Assembly: GCA_965219685.1 (NCBI GenBank)
Contig: CBDCOH010000002.1
Location: 3,424,001-3,488,000 of the forward strand
Direction of reading: 5' to 3'
DNA length: 64,000 bases
Source of the DNA: Candidatus Spongiisociaceae bacterium
Lineage (GTDB): Bacteria > Actinomycetota > Acidimicrobiia > Spongiisociales > Spongiisociaceae
Both the position numbers and the translations under genes were made by a program. The notes beneath the pieces are model-generated. The model was given only the letters and a program-made list of their open reading frames with translations. It did no database searches and had not been told where the DNA came from. Of this stretch, positions 44,706-54,049 are shown piece by piece; the first letter of the stretch is position 1, and each line of letters opens with the position of its first letter.

Positions 44706-45512
44706 ATGGTCGCAGCGACGGAGCAGCTCGGTTCGGAGGACGCTCGGGTAGTTGCCGTCGCCAACCAGAAGGGCGGCGTAGGGAAGACCACATCAGCCAC
44801 GAACCTGGGCGCGGCTCTCGCTCTCCTAGGCGAGAAGGTATTGCTTGTCGACTTCGACCCCCAGGCAAACGCCAGCGCGGGCCTGGGTGTGCCCGTGTTC
44901 GAGGTCAAGAAGTCCATCTACGACGTGCTGGTCGGCGGCAAGGCCCTTCTGGATGTGGTGATTCCTACCGCTGTGGGAGGTCTGTCGATCGCTCCTGCGA
45001 ACATCGACCTGGCAGGCGCCGAGCTCGAGTTGGTGTCGATGCTCAGCAGGGAGATGCGACTAGCCAGCGGTCTCCGGCCTGCCCTGGGAGCCTTCGACTT
45101 CGTATTGATCGACTGCCCACCGAGCCTCGGCCTACTCACGGTCAACGCCCTGGCAGCGGCAGACGAGGTGCTGATCCCCGTTCAGTGCGAATACTATGCC
45201 CTTGAGGGTCTCGGTCAACTAATGCAGAACATCGACCGGGTTCGTAATAGCTTGAACCCACGGCTCCATATCGGTGGTGTGCTTCTGACGATGTTCGATG
45301 GCCGGACGCGGCTGTCGAGCGACGTGGCAACACAGATCAGGGAGTACTTCGGGGATTCTGCGTACCGGACGGTGGTCCCCCGATCCGTGAGGCTGTCCGA
45401 AGCCCCCTCCTACGGCGAGCCCATCGAACTCTATGACGCTATGAGCGCGGGCGCTGTGGCTTACAGATACTTGGCAAGGGAATTCCGTCAACGGCATCAA
45501 CGGCAGGAGTGA
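44706..45512 (+). CDS. parA: Chromosome partitioning ATPase
   Basis: NQKGGVGKTT, DFDPQAN, IDCPPSLG, QCEYYALEG, LSEAPSYG. Confidence 0.95.
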   Translation: MVAATEQLGSEDARVVAVANQKGGVGKTTSATNLGAALALLGEKVLLVDFDPQANASAGLGVPVFEVKKSIYDVLVGGKALLDVVIPTAVGGLSIAPANIDLAGAELELVSMLSREMRLASGLRPALGAFDFVLIDCPPSLGLLTVNALAAADEVLIPVQCEYYALEGLGQLMQNIDRVRNSLNPRLHIGGVLLTMFDGRTRLSSDVATQIREYFGDSAYRTVVPRSVRLSEAPSYGEPIELYDAMSAGAVAYRYLAREFRQRHQRQE

Positions 45513-45515
45513 ACC

Positions 45516-46364
45516 ATGGCAGCTCGACGTTCCGGACTGGGCAAAGGCCTGGAGGCCCTGATTCCGCTGAGCAGGGTGGGCAATCTCCAGAGTATCTCTG
45601 TGGCGCGGGTTCGCCCTAACCCGAACCAGCCTAGGAAGTCCTTCGATCCCACCGCGATGGAGGCCCTCACCGCATCCATCCGTACGGTCGGGCTCCTGCA
45701 ACCGGTAGTCGTCCGGCCCGAGGGGCTCGACTACGTGCTGATTGCCGGCGAGAGAAGGTGGCGGGCTGCTCAGGGAGCCGGGCTCGAGGAGATCCCGGCC
45801 TTGATCCGGCAAACCGACGAACTGGGTTCCCTCACCGAAGCGCTGATAGAGAACCTCCAGCGGGAGGACCTGACTCCGCTGGAGGAGGCAGCCGCGTTCC
45901 AGCAACTGGAAGAAGACTTCGGGATGACCCATGCGGAGATCGGAGAGCGGGTGGGGCGTAGCAGGTCGGCGGTTTCCAACACGCTACGGCTGTTGAACCT
46001 GAGCGCTCCCATACAGGAGGCCCTAGAGGCGGGCGACCTGTCGGCGGGCCACGCGCGTGCACTGCTGGGAGTCGAGGATACAGCCCTGGCGGAGCATCTG
46101 GCCGAGCGAACCGTGGCCGAGGGATGGTCTGTACGTCGCCTCGAGGAGGCTGTACGGGCGGGGAGGCCCGCGGAGGACAAGGAGTCGCCGGGAAGAGAAG
46201 TCCCGCCGCGTCCCGCTGCGATCATCGAACTGGAACACCGCTTGGCCGAGCAACTGGGCACGAAGGTCCGTATCAACTACCGGAACAACAAGGGTCAGGT
46301 CGTCCTGGGGTTTGCCGGACTCGACCAACTGGAGCAGATCTACCGGAGGTTTTTCACTTCCTGA
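45516..46364 (+). CDS. parB: Chromosome partitioning protein
   Basis: GLGKGLEALI, PNPNQPRK, IAGERRWRAA, ENLQREDL, HTH GRSRSAVSNTLRLL. Confidence 0.95.
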   Translation: MAARRSGLGKGLEALIPLSRVGNLQSISVARVRPNPNQPRKSFDPTAMEALTASIRTVGLLQPVVVRPEGLDYVLIAGERRWRAAQGAGLEEIPALIRQTDELGSLTEALIENLQREDLTPLEEAAAFQQLEEDFGMTHAEIGERVGRSRSAVSNTLRLLNLSAPIQEALEAGDLSAGHARALLGVEDTALAEHLAERTVAEGWSVRRLEEAVRAGRPAEDKESPGREVPPRPAAIIELEHRLAEQLGTKVRINYRNNKGQVVLGFAGLDQLEQIYRRFFTS

Positions 46365-46409
46365 CGCCGCCGGTACGGGAACGGAAACCGCCCGGTAGAG
46401 CGGTGACGA

Positions 46410-46437
46410 CCGATCACCAACTACCGACTAGAAACCA
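46410..46437 (-). repeat. Degenerate heptamer array after trxA stop (TGGTTTC TAGTCGG TAGTTGG TGATCGG)
   Basis: Read directly; same unit family as 28187-28228. Confidence 0.6.
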
Positions 46438-46438
46438 G

Positions 46439-46762
46439 TCAGTTGATCCACTCGGTCAGTTGGGCGAGGAGGGCCGCCTTGGGCCGGGCTCCGACGATCC
46501 GCTTCTTCTCGACCCCGTCCTGGAACACCACCATGGTGGGGATGCTCATCACGTCGTACGAGAACGGAGTCTGCTGGTTCTCGTCGATGTTCAGCTTGGC
46601 AACGGTGATCTTGTCGGCGTGCTCGTCCGCGATCTCGGCGAGCACGGGCGCCACCAGCCGGCAGGGCCCGCACCACTCGGCCCAGAAGTCGACAAGTACC
46701 GGCTTGCTACCGGCGACTGCCTGGGCGAAGGTGGCATCGGTGAGGGTCAATAGATCTGCCAT
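46439..46762 (-). CDS. trxA: Thioredoxin
   Basis: VDFWAEWCGPC, MSIPT. Confidence 0.97.
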   Translation of the reverse strand: MADLLTLTDATFAQAVAGSKPVLVDFWAEWCGPCRLVAPVLAEIADEHADKITVAKLNIDENQQTPFSYDVMSIPTMVVFQDGVEKKRIVGARPKAALLAQLTEWIN

Positions 46763-46866
46763 TGTTCGATTCCTTCCTGGCTTATAGATAGTTACGTTGG
46801 TGAATACACGGTTCCGGAGTCGCGATCAGCATCCGGCTTGGGGACCTACCCCGTGGCGGGGCCACC

Positions 46867-47808
46867 TCATCCGCCGGTGGGCGCGCCGGCGTGCTGCGAC
46901 TCCAGCCACCGTTCGGCATCGATCGCGGCTGCGCAGCCGGTACCGGCCGCAGTTACGGCCTGACGGTACACGGTGTCGGCTACGTCGCCTGAAGCGAAGA
47001 CCCCCTCGACGCTGGTCCTCGTGCCGGGCCCTGGCACGAGGACGTATCCCTGGGCGTCGAGGTCGAGTTGGCCCTTGAAGAGGCCCGTGTTGGGATCGTG
47101 ACCTATGGCGATGAACACGCCGTCGGTCGGGTGCTCCCGCGTACGGCCGGTCGGTACATCTCGGAGTACGACCCCGGTGACGCTGTCGCGGCCCAGGATC
47201 TCCTCGACCGTCGTATCCCACAGAACGTCGATCTTGTCGTTGGCGAGAGCGCGGTTCGCCATGATCCGCGAGGCGCGGAACTGGTCACGGCGGTGGACGA
47301 TCGTGACCCGTGAGGCGAACTTGGTGAGGAAGAGCGACTCCTCCATGGCCGAGTCCCCGCCGCCCACCACGAGGATGTCCTTGCCGCGGAAGAAGAACCC
47401 GTCGCAGGTCGCGCAGGCCGAGACGCCGCGACCGACGAGCCGTTCCTCGCCCGGGATGCCGAGAAAGCGGGCAGTGGCACCCGTGGCGATGATGACGGAC
47501 CGGGCCCGGTGGCGCTCGTCCCCGACGTACACCTCGAAGGGGCGGCGGGAAAGGTCGACCGATGTCACGTCGGTGGCCACGAGGCGGGCGCCGAACCGGG
47601 CAGCCTGCTTGCGGAACAGATCCATGAGCTCGGGACCCATTATCCCGTCCGGGAATCCGGGATAGTTCTCGACGTCTGTGGTGATCATCAACTGGCCACC
47701 CGCTTGGATTCCCTCGAACACCAAAGGCCGGAGGTCGGCCCGCGCCGCGTAGAGCGCCGCGGTCAGGCCGGCCGGACCTGACCCGATGATTATTACGTTC
47801 TCAGGCAC
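46867..47808 (-). CDS. trxB: Thioredoxin reductase
   Basis: [41 protein letters not shown]. Confidence 0.97.
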   Translation of the reverse strand: MPENVIIIGSGPAGLTAALYAARADLRPLVFEGIQAGGQLMITTDVENYPGFPDGIMGPELMDLFRKQAARFGARLVATDVTSVDLSRRPFEVYVGDERHRARSVIIATGATARFLGIPGEERLVGRGVSACATCDGFFFRGKDILVVGGGDSAMEESLFLTKFASRVTIVHRRDQFRASRIMANRALANDKIDVLWDTTVEEILGRDSVTGVVLRDVPTGRTREHPTDGVFIAIGHDPNTGLFKGQLDLDAQGYVLVPGPGTRTSVEGVFASGDVADTVYRQAVTAAGTGCAAAIDAERWLESQHAGAPTGG

Positions 47809-48094
47809 TCGACTCCTCTGATGCCGGGGTACGTCTCCTCCAGGTCAACCATCCGGCCGCCAGAAAAAGTCCACCGAGTATCGCGTAGGCCGCCGTCGTG
47901 CCCACGCCCACGGCCAAGAGCCTGAAGATGCCCACGCAAGCAAGCACCAGGGCCGCCACAACCAGCAGCACGACCCCCATCCCGAGGGCCGTGAAGGTGA
48001 TCGCGGTGGCCAACCGCTCCACGGTGAGCGCCCGAACCCTGCGGGCGATCCCTTCGACGAGGTCGGCAAAGCGAGCGGAATAGCTCTGGTCCAC
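47801..48094 (-). CDS. Small two-TM membrane protein, unknown function
   Basis: Two hydrophobic segments; overlaps trxB start. Confidence 0.65.
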   Translation of the reverse strand: MDQSYSARFADLVEGIARRVRALTVERLATAITFTALGMGVVLLVVAALVLACVGIFRLLAVGVGTTAAYAILGGLFLAAGWLTWRRRTPASEESSA

Positions 48095-48136
48095 GGCTTC
48101 AGAATAGCTGGCGAGGGGAGTACCGCCGGGCCCGGA

Positions 48137-49195
48137 TCACCCGGTCCGGAAGTCGACGGGGCGGCACTCCGGATAGACGAACAGGAGGATTGCAGCACCC
48201 TCCCCGTCGTCGCCTTCCGGTGAGCGCGTGGGGCCGGGTTCGATGCGGTAGGCCTCCCCCTCCTCCCCGTCTACGAGCCCGTAGCCGAAGAAGGACACAC
48301 TGTCGTCCGCACGGGCCGCTTCGGCCACGTATTCCCAGCACACCAGTCCCCCCGTGGCGGCCCTATCGGCGAACTGGGCCACCGGGATAGCCGGTTCCCC
48401 GCCCTCGGCGATGACCGCATCCGTGAACAGGAGAGCGTCGTCCCTCCGGTCGGTCGAGAACGCGAAGGCGAGGTCGGGCCGGCTCTCAGCCGCTAAGGGC
48501 TCCGTTGTGTCCGCCACGCCGGCGTGGTCCGTCTCCCGGGTCGCGACCGCCGCGGTCGTAGGCGGTGCGTGGTCGGCTGCCGCTTCTTCGGCAAAGGCCT
48601 CAGCTTCCTCCATTGCAGCCTCTGCCTCGTCAACGGCAACCGCGGCAACGGCGGCCGCGGCCACTTCGGCCTGCGCTTCCTCAAGCATCGGTTCCTCTGC
48701 CATGGCGGTCGTCGTGGTCGCTTCGACAACGGCGAGGGTGCCGGCGGCTGCCGTGGTGGCCGGTGCGGCGGTGGGCGCCGGGGCCTCAGAGGCTGCCGCT
48801 GCGGCCGTGGTCGCTGCCGCCTCGTCCTCGCTCAACCGGCCGTCGGTCAGGTTCACGGCGATGGCTACCACGGCGACCAGCGAAGCGGCCGCCGCCAGGG
48901 CGGGCAGCGCTCTGGCGAACCACCGCCGGGGCAGGCGTTGCGATCGGGCTGCATACATGTGGCCGGGATCCAGGCCGAGTTCCAGGCGTACGGCCGAGCG
49001 CAGGCGTCGGCTCTCCTCCGGACTCATCGCCGGCCGCCGGAGCTCGCCGAGCGCGGCGAGCGCGGCCCGCTGGGCCGCCAGTTCGGCGCGCGCCTCGGGA
49101 CCCAGTCGCGACTCGATCCGCGCGGCCTCCTCGTGCGGCAACTCCCCGCCCGCCAGGGCGATGATGAGTTCCATATCGGGGTGATGCTCAGTCAT
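48137..49195 (-). CDS. Putative membrane anti-sigma factor
   Basis: N-terminal H-P-D..L...A.GEL, single TM, Ala/Thr/Glu-rich extracytoplasmic part; overlaps ECF sigma stop; start ATG 49195. Confidence 0.7.
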   Translation of the reverse strand: MTEHHPDMELIIALAGGELPHEEAARIESRLGPEARAELAAQRAALAALGELRRPAMSPEESRRLRSAVRLELGLDPGHMYAARSQRLPRRWFARALPALAAAASLVAVVAIAVNLTDGRLSEDEAAATTAAAAASEAPAPTAAPATTAAAGTLAVVEATTTTAMAEEPMLEEAQAEVAAAAVAAVAVDEAEAAMEEAEAFAEEAAADHAPPTTAAVATRETDHAGVADTTEPLAAESRPDLAFAFSTDRRDDALLFTDAVIAEGGEPAIPVAQFADRAATGGLVCWEYVAEAARADDSVSFFGYGLVDGEEGEAYRIEPGPTRSPEGDDGEGAAILLFVYPECRPVDFRTG

Positions 49196-49778
49196 GTCCG
49201 TCACCCTTCGGATAGTCGGGGGGGTCGAAAAGGTTCCCGAGCTTCGCGGCCAGCAGCTTGCGGCCCCTGAACACGCGGGACTTGACCGTCCCGAGCGGTA
49301 CGTCGAGGATCTCCGCCACCTGCTTGAGCGGCAGGCCCTCGACATCGCTTAGAACCACCGCCGCGCCGAACTCCTCGGGCAATTCAGCCAGGGCTTCCTC
49401 GATGGCAGGGCGAAGCTCGACGGCTTCGAGACTTCCGTTGACGGAGGTGTCGCGGGGGTCGTACCCCTCAGGTAGGCGGCCGGCGCGCCGGCGTTTCTTC
49501 TTCCGCAACTGGTCGTAGCATGTATTCACGGCGACGCGGTACAGCCAGGTGGAGAATGCCGCCCTGCCCTGGAAGCTGCCGGCCTTGCGAAGGACGGTTA
49601 TGAATGTCTCCTGGGTTGCGTCGAGTGCCTCCTCCCGATCCCGGAGGATCCTGAGGCAGACGGCGAAAACCCGACGCTCGTGTGCCTCCATGAGCAAGTC
49701 GAAGGCGTGCGCGTCGCCGGCCAGGTATCGGCCGATCAACAGATCGTCAGGACTACGGCCGGTGCGTCGAAGGTTCAA
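49188..49778 (-). CDS. ECF RNA polymerase sigma factor (SigM-like by position)
   Basis: DATQETF, FSTWLYRVAVN, EILDVPLGTVKSRVFRGR; TTG 49778 overlaps upstream TGA. Confidence 0.9.
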   Translation of the reverse strand: MNLRRTGRSPDDLLIGRYLAGDAHAFDLLMEAHERRVFAVCLRILRDREEALDATQETFITVLRKAGSFQGRAAFSTWLYRVAVNTCYDQLRKKKRRRAGRLPEGYDPRDTSVNGSLEAVELRPAIEEALAELPEEFGAAVVLSDVEGLPLKQVAEILDVPLGTVKSRVFRGRKLLAAKLGNLFDPPDYPKGDGHD

Positions 49779-51094
49779 TCGTGGAATTGTACTTCGGCGA
49801 CGCGCGTCAGGTAGCCATCGTCCTCCGCCGGCAGGTCGGTAAGCCACACGAGCCAGATGCCGTCGCTCCGGTCGGGGAGCGGGATGCTCACGGCCGTGCT
49901 CCCGGCCAGTTCCTCGGCCAGAACGTCCCACCCTTCGTCCTCGATGTCCAGCAGGGAGCCCGCCCACATGACTCGGAAGGTCGTGCCCACCGAGACGCCC
50001 AACAGTTCGACGGAGGACGGAGAGCCAGTCACTTCGAAGGCCAGGCCCACCCCCTCCTTGAGCAGCGGGAGGGGATCGAAGTAGCGCTCGGTCCGCCAGG
50101 TAGTGGCCGGATCGCCGTCAATCAGGCGACCGACGGTTCCCGAGTGTTCCTGGCCGTCGCCGAGAGGGTCGAACGCGGCGACGCTCCTGACCTCGACGGG
50201 CTCGGGTGGAGCGGGCGCCACGGCGAACTCGACCGTGGGCTCGGTGGTGCTGGTTGTGGTAGGGATCGGTCTGGTGACCGTCGGTCCGGGGATGGCCGGG
50301 GCCAGTACCCGGGATGTCGGGCTGACATCGAGCAGGCTTCCCCACCAGACCAGGCCGATCGCCGCGGCGGCGAGCAGGGCCGCCGGTGTCAGCCATCGCC
50401 AAGACCAGCGCGAGGCTCGTCTGAGCGGGGGTGAGTAGGGGGTCGACACTATCAACTCGGCGAGCCTCCGGGCGTCGATCCTTCCCTCCTGGGAGAGCCT
50501 CAGCGCTTCGTCGACGCTCGGAGGCAGGGCGTCGATCACCTGCGAGGGAGCCAGGATCCCGGCCGGCCGTCCGGTCAGGGCGGTCTCGAGGGCGGAGCCC
50601 AGAGCCCGGACATCCGCTTCGGCCGTGTCGGTGCGGCCGGGCCTTCCGAAGCCGGCGAGCTTGGCCGGGTGGGCCCCCGAGTAGAGGATGGCGCCGGGAT
50701 CGATGGCGCCGTGTATGACGTTCTCCTCGTGGAGCGCGGCGAGACCGTCGGCGAGACCGGCGGCATTCGACAGGAACTCCGCTATCGGCGGGATGCTCCC
50801 AGCGCTGATGCGGTTGGCGAGGGTTATGCCTCCGGTCCACTCGGTTGCCGCGTAAGCGGAACCATCCAACTCCGCGGCTGCGAAAACACCCGCCACATGG
50901 TTGTGGCTGACCCGCGAGGCCATCTGAACCGCCTCCAAGAAGGACCCCCTCCGCGAGGTCGGAGCTTCGGGACCTACCACCCGTATGAGGACCGGACGGT
51001 TGAGTTCCAGATCGGTGGCGAGCCACTCCTCGACATCCTCATCGCGGCCGAGACGTATCTCGCGCCGGTAGCGGGGCGGCAGAGGGGGCGGCAT
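49775..51094 (-). CDS. Ser/Thr pseudokinase + TM + extracellular beta-sandwich (MviN kinase-homology-like)
   Basis: D.ELNRPV.IR, HNHVAGV, IHGAIDP (HRD lost), KLAGFG (DFG lost), TM, FDPLGDG.E..DGD..T.W.TE.Y. Confidence 0.75.
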   Translation of the reverse strand: MPPPLPPRYRREIRLGRDEDVEEWLATDLELNRPVLIRVVGPEAPTSRRGSFLEAVQMASRVSHNHVAGVFAAAELDGSAYAATEWTGGITLANRISAGSIPPIAEFLSNAAGLADGLAALHEENVIHGAIDPGAILYSGAHPAKLAGFGRPGRTDTAEADVRALGSALETALTGRPAGILAPSQVIDALPPSVDEALRLSQEGRIDARRLAELIVSTPYSPPLRRASRWSWRWLTPAALLAAAAIGLVWWGSLLDVSPTSRVLAPAIPGPTVTRPIPTTTSTTEPTVEFAVAPAPPEPVEVRSVAAFDPLGDGQEHSGTVGRLIDGDPATTWRTERYFDPLPLLKEGVGLAFEVTGSPSSVELLGVSVGTTFRVMWAGSLLDIEDEGWDVLAEELAGSTAVSIPLPDRSDGIWLVWLTDLPAEDDGYLTRVAEVQFHD

Positions 51095-51095
51095 A

Positions 51096-51130
51096 TGTCA
51101 GGTGCCGGGTGTCAGGTGCCGGGTGTCAGT
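51096..51130. repeat. Alternating heptamer array TGTCAGG/TGCCGGG x2.5 immediately before the pseudokinase ATG (C-rich in mRNA sense)
   Basis: Read directly. Confidence 0.8.
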
Positions 51131-51354
51131 GGGCGACCTAGCGGTGCTCTTGGGGTGCATGGGAGCCTTTTGGCTGTGGTCGGTAGTCGCTTAGGCCTGA
51201 TGGTACTTAGTCACTGACCGCCCGTCGCCCTCCGGTCGCCGGTGGCTGGTGAAAACATTGGGTGGGCACCCAGGGCGACAATCAGGGGTGGGGTCGCTAG
51301 TGGCAACCGACGACGGCGAAGGCCCGATCCACCCAAGCCCGCCCAACAGGCCGC

Positions 51355-51381
51355 CTCACCATTCACCATTCACCATTCACC
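51355..51381 (-). repeat. (GGTGAAT)3+ array containing the stop codon of the 54-aa ORF
   Basis: CTCACC + 3x ATTCACC on + strand. Confidence 0.85.
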
Positions 51382-51541
51382 ATCTCATGGCCGCGACGAT
51401 GACAGCGGCGACGGCGATGCCTGTTCCGACGATCCACCGGGTCTGCTCGGCAAACCGTCGCTCTACCTCGGCAAACCGTCGCTCCATCTCGGCAAGCACC
51501 TGCGAGATCGCGGCGTCGAGGCGGTCCTGGGTGACGGCCAT
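51377..51541 (-). CDS. Small coiled-coil + C-terminal TM protein (DUF1640/CCDC90-like), copy A, 54 aa
   Basis: MAVTQDRLDAAISQVLAEMERRFAEVERRFAEQTRWIVGTGIAVAAVIVAAMRW*; clear paralogue at 63350-63520. Confidence 0.7.
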   Translation of the reverse strand: MAVTQDRLDAAISQVLAEMERRFAEVERRFAEQTRWIVGTGIAVAAVIVAAMRW

Positions 51542-51744
51542 TCAGTTACCCCACATCCGCCCGAGGCGCCACACCCCGGCGTTGTTGCTCGGTCGGTTCA
51601 CTTCACACCCCTTGGTTTGCTAACTCCTATTCTAGGCTATCTCCAACCGTTACATGCTAACTATTGCAACTGCTGATCCCGTCCGGACGCCGGCGGACAG
51701 TCCGAACCCAGCGGAGAAACCGGGAACTCCCAGGCGCTAGGCAC

Positions 51745-52446
51745 CTACCCATACCGCAGCACGGAGAGTCGGTCGGGGAGGCGGCGGAACCCGGTTCCTA
51801 GATACATTGCGGCTGCGGCCTCGTTGTTCGGTGCTGTATTCAGCAACATGGCCGCCGCCCCGTGGCGGGCTGCCCAGCGGATGGCAGCACACGTCAGCCG
51901 GGTGCCCCAACCTCGCCTCCTGTGCGAAGGCGATACGGCGATCCTCTGTAGGTAGGCAGTGATCCCGGAACATCCGACGATGGCGAAGCCCTCGGGCGGG
52001 GATGCGTCGGAGGTCACGATGACGGTTCGGCGGATGGTCGACACGTAGGACTCCCGCAGGGCGGTCTGCCCATTCCTCCAGAGTGGACCGAACGATCTCC
52101 GATCGACTTCGGCGAGCATCTCGAAGTCGGGCGGCGCTTCCCGGACTCCGGGCTCCTCCGGCGGTATCGAGCCGATGAGGCTGCGGCGGTACATATGAAG
52201 CTTGAGGAAGGGCTGGTAGCCCACCTGCAGCCAGGGGTCGGCAGCGCTGTCCAGCAACGGCTGGGACGCAACCTGCTCTACCCCGTAGCCGAGCACATGG
52301 CCGGTGGCCGCCTGCAGGAACCGGGCTCCCCCGCGCTCGAGACGTAGGTATCCGTAGGGGAGGTCGGAGTTCCAGGGCCGGGCGGTCGCCTTGGCCCACC
52401 CCTGCCGGATGGTTACCGGGCCCGGCCAGTCACCGCCGATCTTCAT
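51745..52446 (-). CDS. GNAT family N-acetyltransferase
   Basis: YLQRIAVSPSHRRRGWG, LNT...N.AA..MY...GF. Confidence 0.85.
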   Translation of the reverse strand: MKIGGDWPGPVTIRQGWAKATARPWNSDLPYGYLRLERGGARFLQAATGHVLGYGVEQVASQPLLDSAADPWLQVGYQPFLKLHMYRRSLIGSIPPEEPGVREAPPDFEMLAEVDRRSFGPLWRNGQTALRESYVSTIRRTVIVTSDASPPEGFAIVGCSGITAYLQRIAVSPSHRRRGWGTRLTCAAIRWAARHGAAAMLLNTAPNNEAAAAMYLGTGFRRLPDRLSVLRYG

Positions 52447-52859
52447 AAACCAAGGGCCTTGCTCACCACTTCTCGCTCGGCGGGGTAGGTGAGCTTGCCG
52501 ATGGCGGCTAGCGGCTCGAGGATCACCACCTCGTCGACCTCGTCATCGTGGAGCGCCGGATCACCACCGGTCACTGTGAACCTGAAGAAGTCCACCCGCT
52601 TCTTCACCCTCACACGATCGCGTACGAACCAGTATTCGACGACGCCGGCCCGGGCACGGTCGGCGGCTCGAACCTCGAGCCCGGTCTCCTCGGTCACCTC
52701 CCGGCGGGCGGCCTCGATAGCTTGCTCTCCGGCTTCCAGCAGCCCCTTTGGCAGCGTGACCACGGGCCGGCCCGCCAGGTTCCTGGCCTGCACGACCACC
52801 AGCCTCCCGTCGGCCGTCAGCACGACCCCGCCGGCCGAGTGCTCGAATACCGTCCTGAT
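52443..52859 (-). CDS. NUDIX hydrolase (start uncertain)
   Basis: HSAGGVV, LPKG, Nudix box GEQAIEAARREVTEETG; the natural N-terminus falls on an ATC codon. Confidence 0.85.
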   Translation of the reverse strand: MRTVFEHSAGGVVLTADGRLVVVQARNLAGRPVVTLPKGLLEAGEQAIEAARREVTEETGLEVRAADRARAGVVEYWFVRDRVRVKKRVDFFRFTVTGGDPALHDDEVDEVVILEPLAAIGKLTYPAEREVVSKALGL

Positions 52860-52961
52860 GACTCCCCCGATCCCCGGGCGTAGCCCGATCCTGGTCGGCG
52901 GGAACCCCGTCCGGCGGGTGGGCAGAGCGAATCCTAATTCGGGGGGGAGTAGCCTCAGGAC

Positions 52962-53981
52962 ATGGACGTCCTGCTCGTCACCCATCCGGTGTTCGGTGAG
53001 CATGACACCGGGCACGGCCATCCGGAGCGCCCGGCTCGCTTACCGGCGGCGCTGGCAGGCGTACGGGAGTCACCGGCCACGGTCGCCGAGGAGAGCGCCC
53101 CCGAGATCGACAGAGACCTCCTCGGGTTGGTTCACTCTCCCGGCTACGTGAACCGTATCGAACGATTCTGCGCAGCAGGCGGGGGCGCGCTGGATCCGGA
53201 CACGCGAGCGGTCCCCGCCTCGTGGGAGGCTGCCTTGAGAGCGGCGGGAGCGGGCCCTCTGGCCGTCCGGAGGCTGGAGGATGGCAGTGCTGACGCGGCC
53301 TTCTTGGCGGTTCGCCCCCCCGGTCACCACGCCCGGCGGTCGACCGCTATGGGTTTCTGCCTCTTCAACAGCGTCGCGGTGACGGCGGCCATGCTCGCCG
53401 AACGAGGCGAACGTGTGGCGATCATCGACTGGGACGTACATCACGGCAACGCCACGGAGGAGATGTTCCGCTCCCGGGAGGACATCCTCTACGTCTCGCT
53501 TCACCAGTATCCGTTCTACCCGGGGACGGGAGGCCTGGTCGACATGACCGCGGACCGGGCGGCGGCCACAACCCTGGATTTGCCCCTTCCCGCGGCTACG
53601 GCCGGAGACCTGTACCGCGTGGCCTTTCCCGGACTGGTCGCGCCGGTGGTCGCCGGGTTCCGTCCGGACTGGTTGCTTGTCAGCACCGGCTACGACGCCC
53701 ATGCCCACGATCCCTTGGCCGAGCTCCGCCTGCTGGCCTCCGACTACGCGTTCATGGCCGGGGCGCTGGCGGCGGTGACGCCGCCGGGACGCACCATCTT
53801 CTTCTTGGAGGGCGGCTACGACCTCGATGCGATCAGGGAGTCGGCCTCGGCGACCATCTCCGGGGCGGCGGGGATCGCAGTGCCCGACGAGGAGAGCCGT
53901 TTCCGGTCACCGGAGGTCGCCTTCCGGATACTCGAGGCGGTGGTCGATGAAGCGCGAAAGGCCTGGGACCTACCGTGGTGA
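52962..53981 (+). CDS. Histone deacetylase family amidohydrolase
   Basis: GHPERPARL, RPPGHHA, MGFCLFN, DWDVHHGN, SLHQ..FYPGTG, GYDAH..DPL, LEGGY. Confidence 0.93.
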   Translation: MDVLLVTHPVFGEHDTGHGHPERPARLPAALAGVRESPATVAEESAPEIDRDLLGLVHSPGYVNRIERFCAAGGGALDPDTRAVPASWEAALRAAGAGPLAVRRLEDGSADAAFLAVRPPGHHARRSTAMGFCLFNSVAVTAAMLAERGERVAIIDWDVHHGNATEEMFRSREDILYVSLHQYPFYPGTGGLVDMTADRAAATTLDLPLPAATAGDLYRVAFPGLVAPVVAGFRPDWLLVSTGYDAHAHDPLAELRLLASDYAFMAGALAAVTPPGRTIFFLEGGYDLDAIRESASATISGAAGIAVPDEESRFRSPEVAFRILEAVVDEARKAWDLPW

Positions 53982-54049
53982 GTGGTGAGCGGACACTGGT
54001 TACTGACTAACGTCCAGCAACCACCAACCACCAACCACCAACCACCACC
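53975..54049. repeat. (GTGGTGA)2 at HDAC stop and (CAACCAC)4 before the CCA-enzyme ATG
   Basis: Read directly; arms are near-complementary. Confidence 0.85.

Noticed and set aside
51542-51601. In-frame TGA directly before the copy A ATG as a second Sec/readthrough site
   Set aside because: The upstream peptide (VNRPSNNAGVWRLGRMWGN) has no redox motif and no counterpart in copy B.
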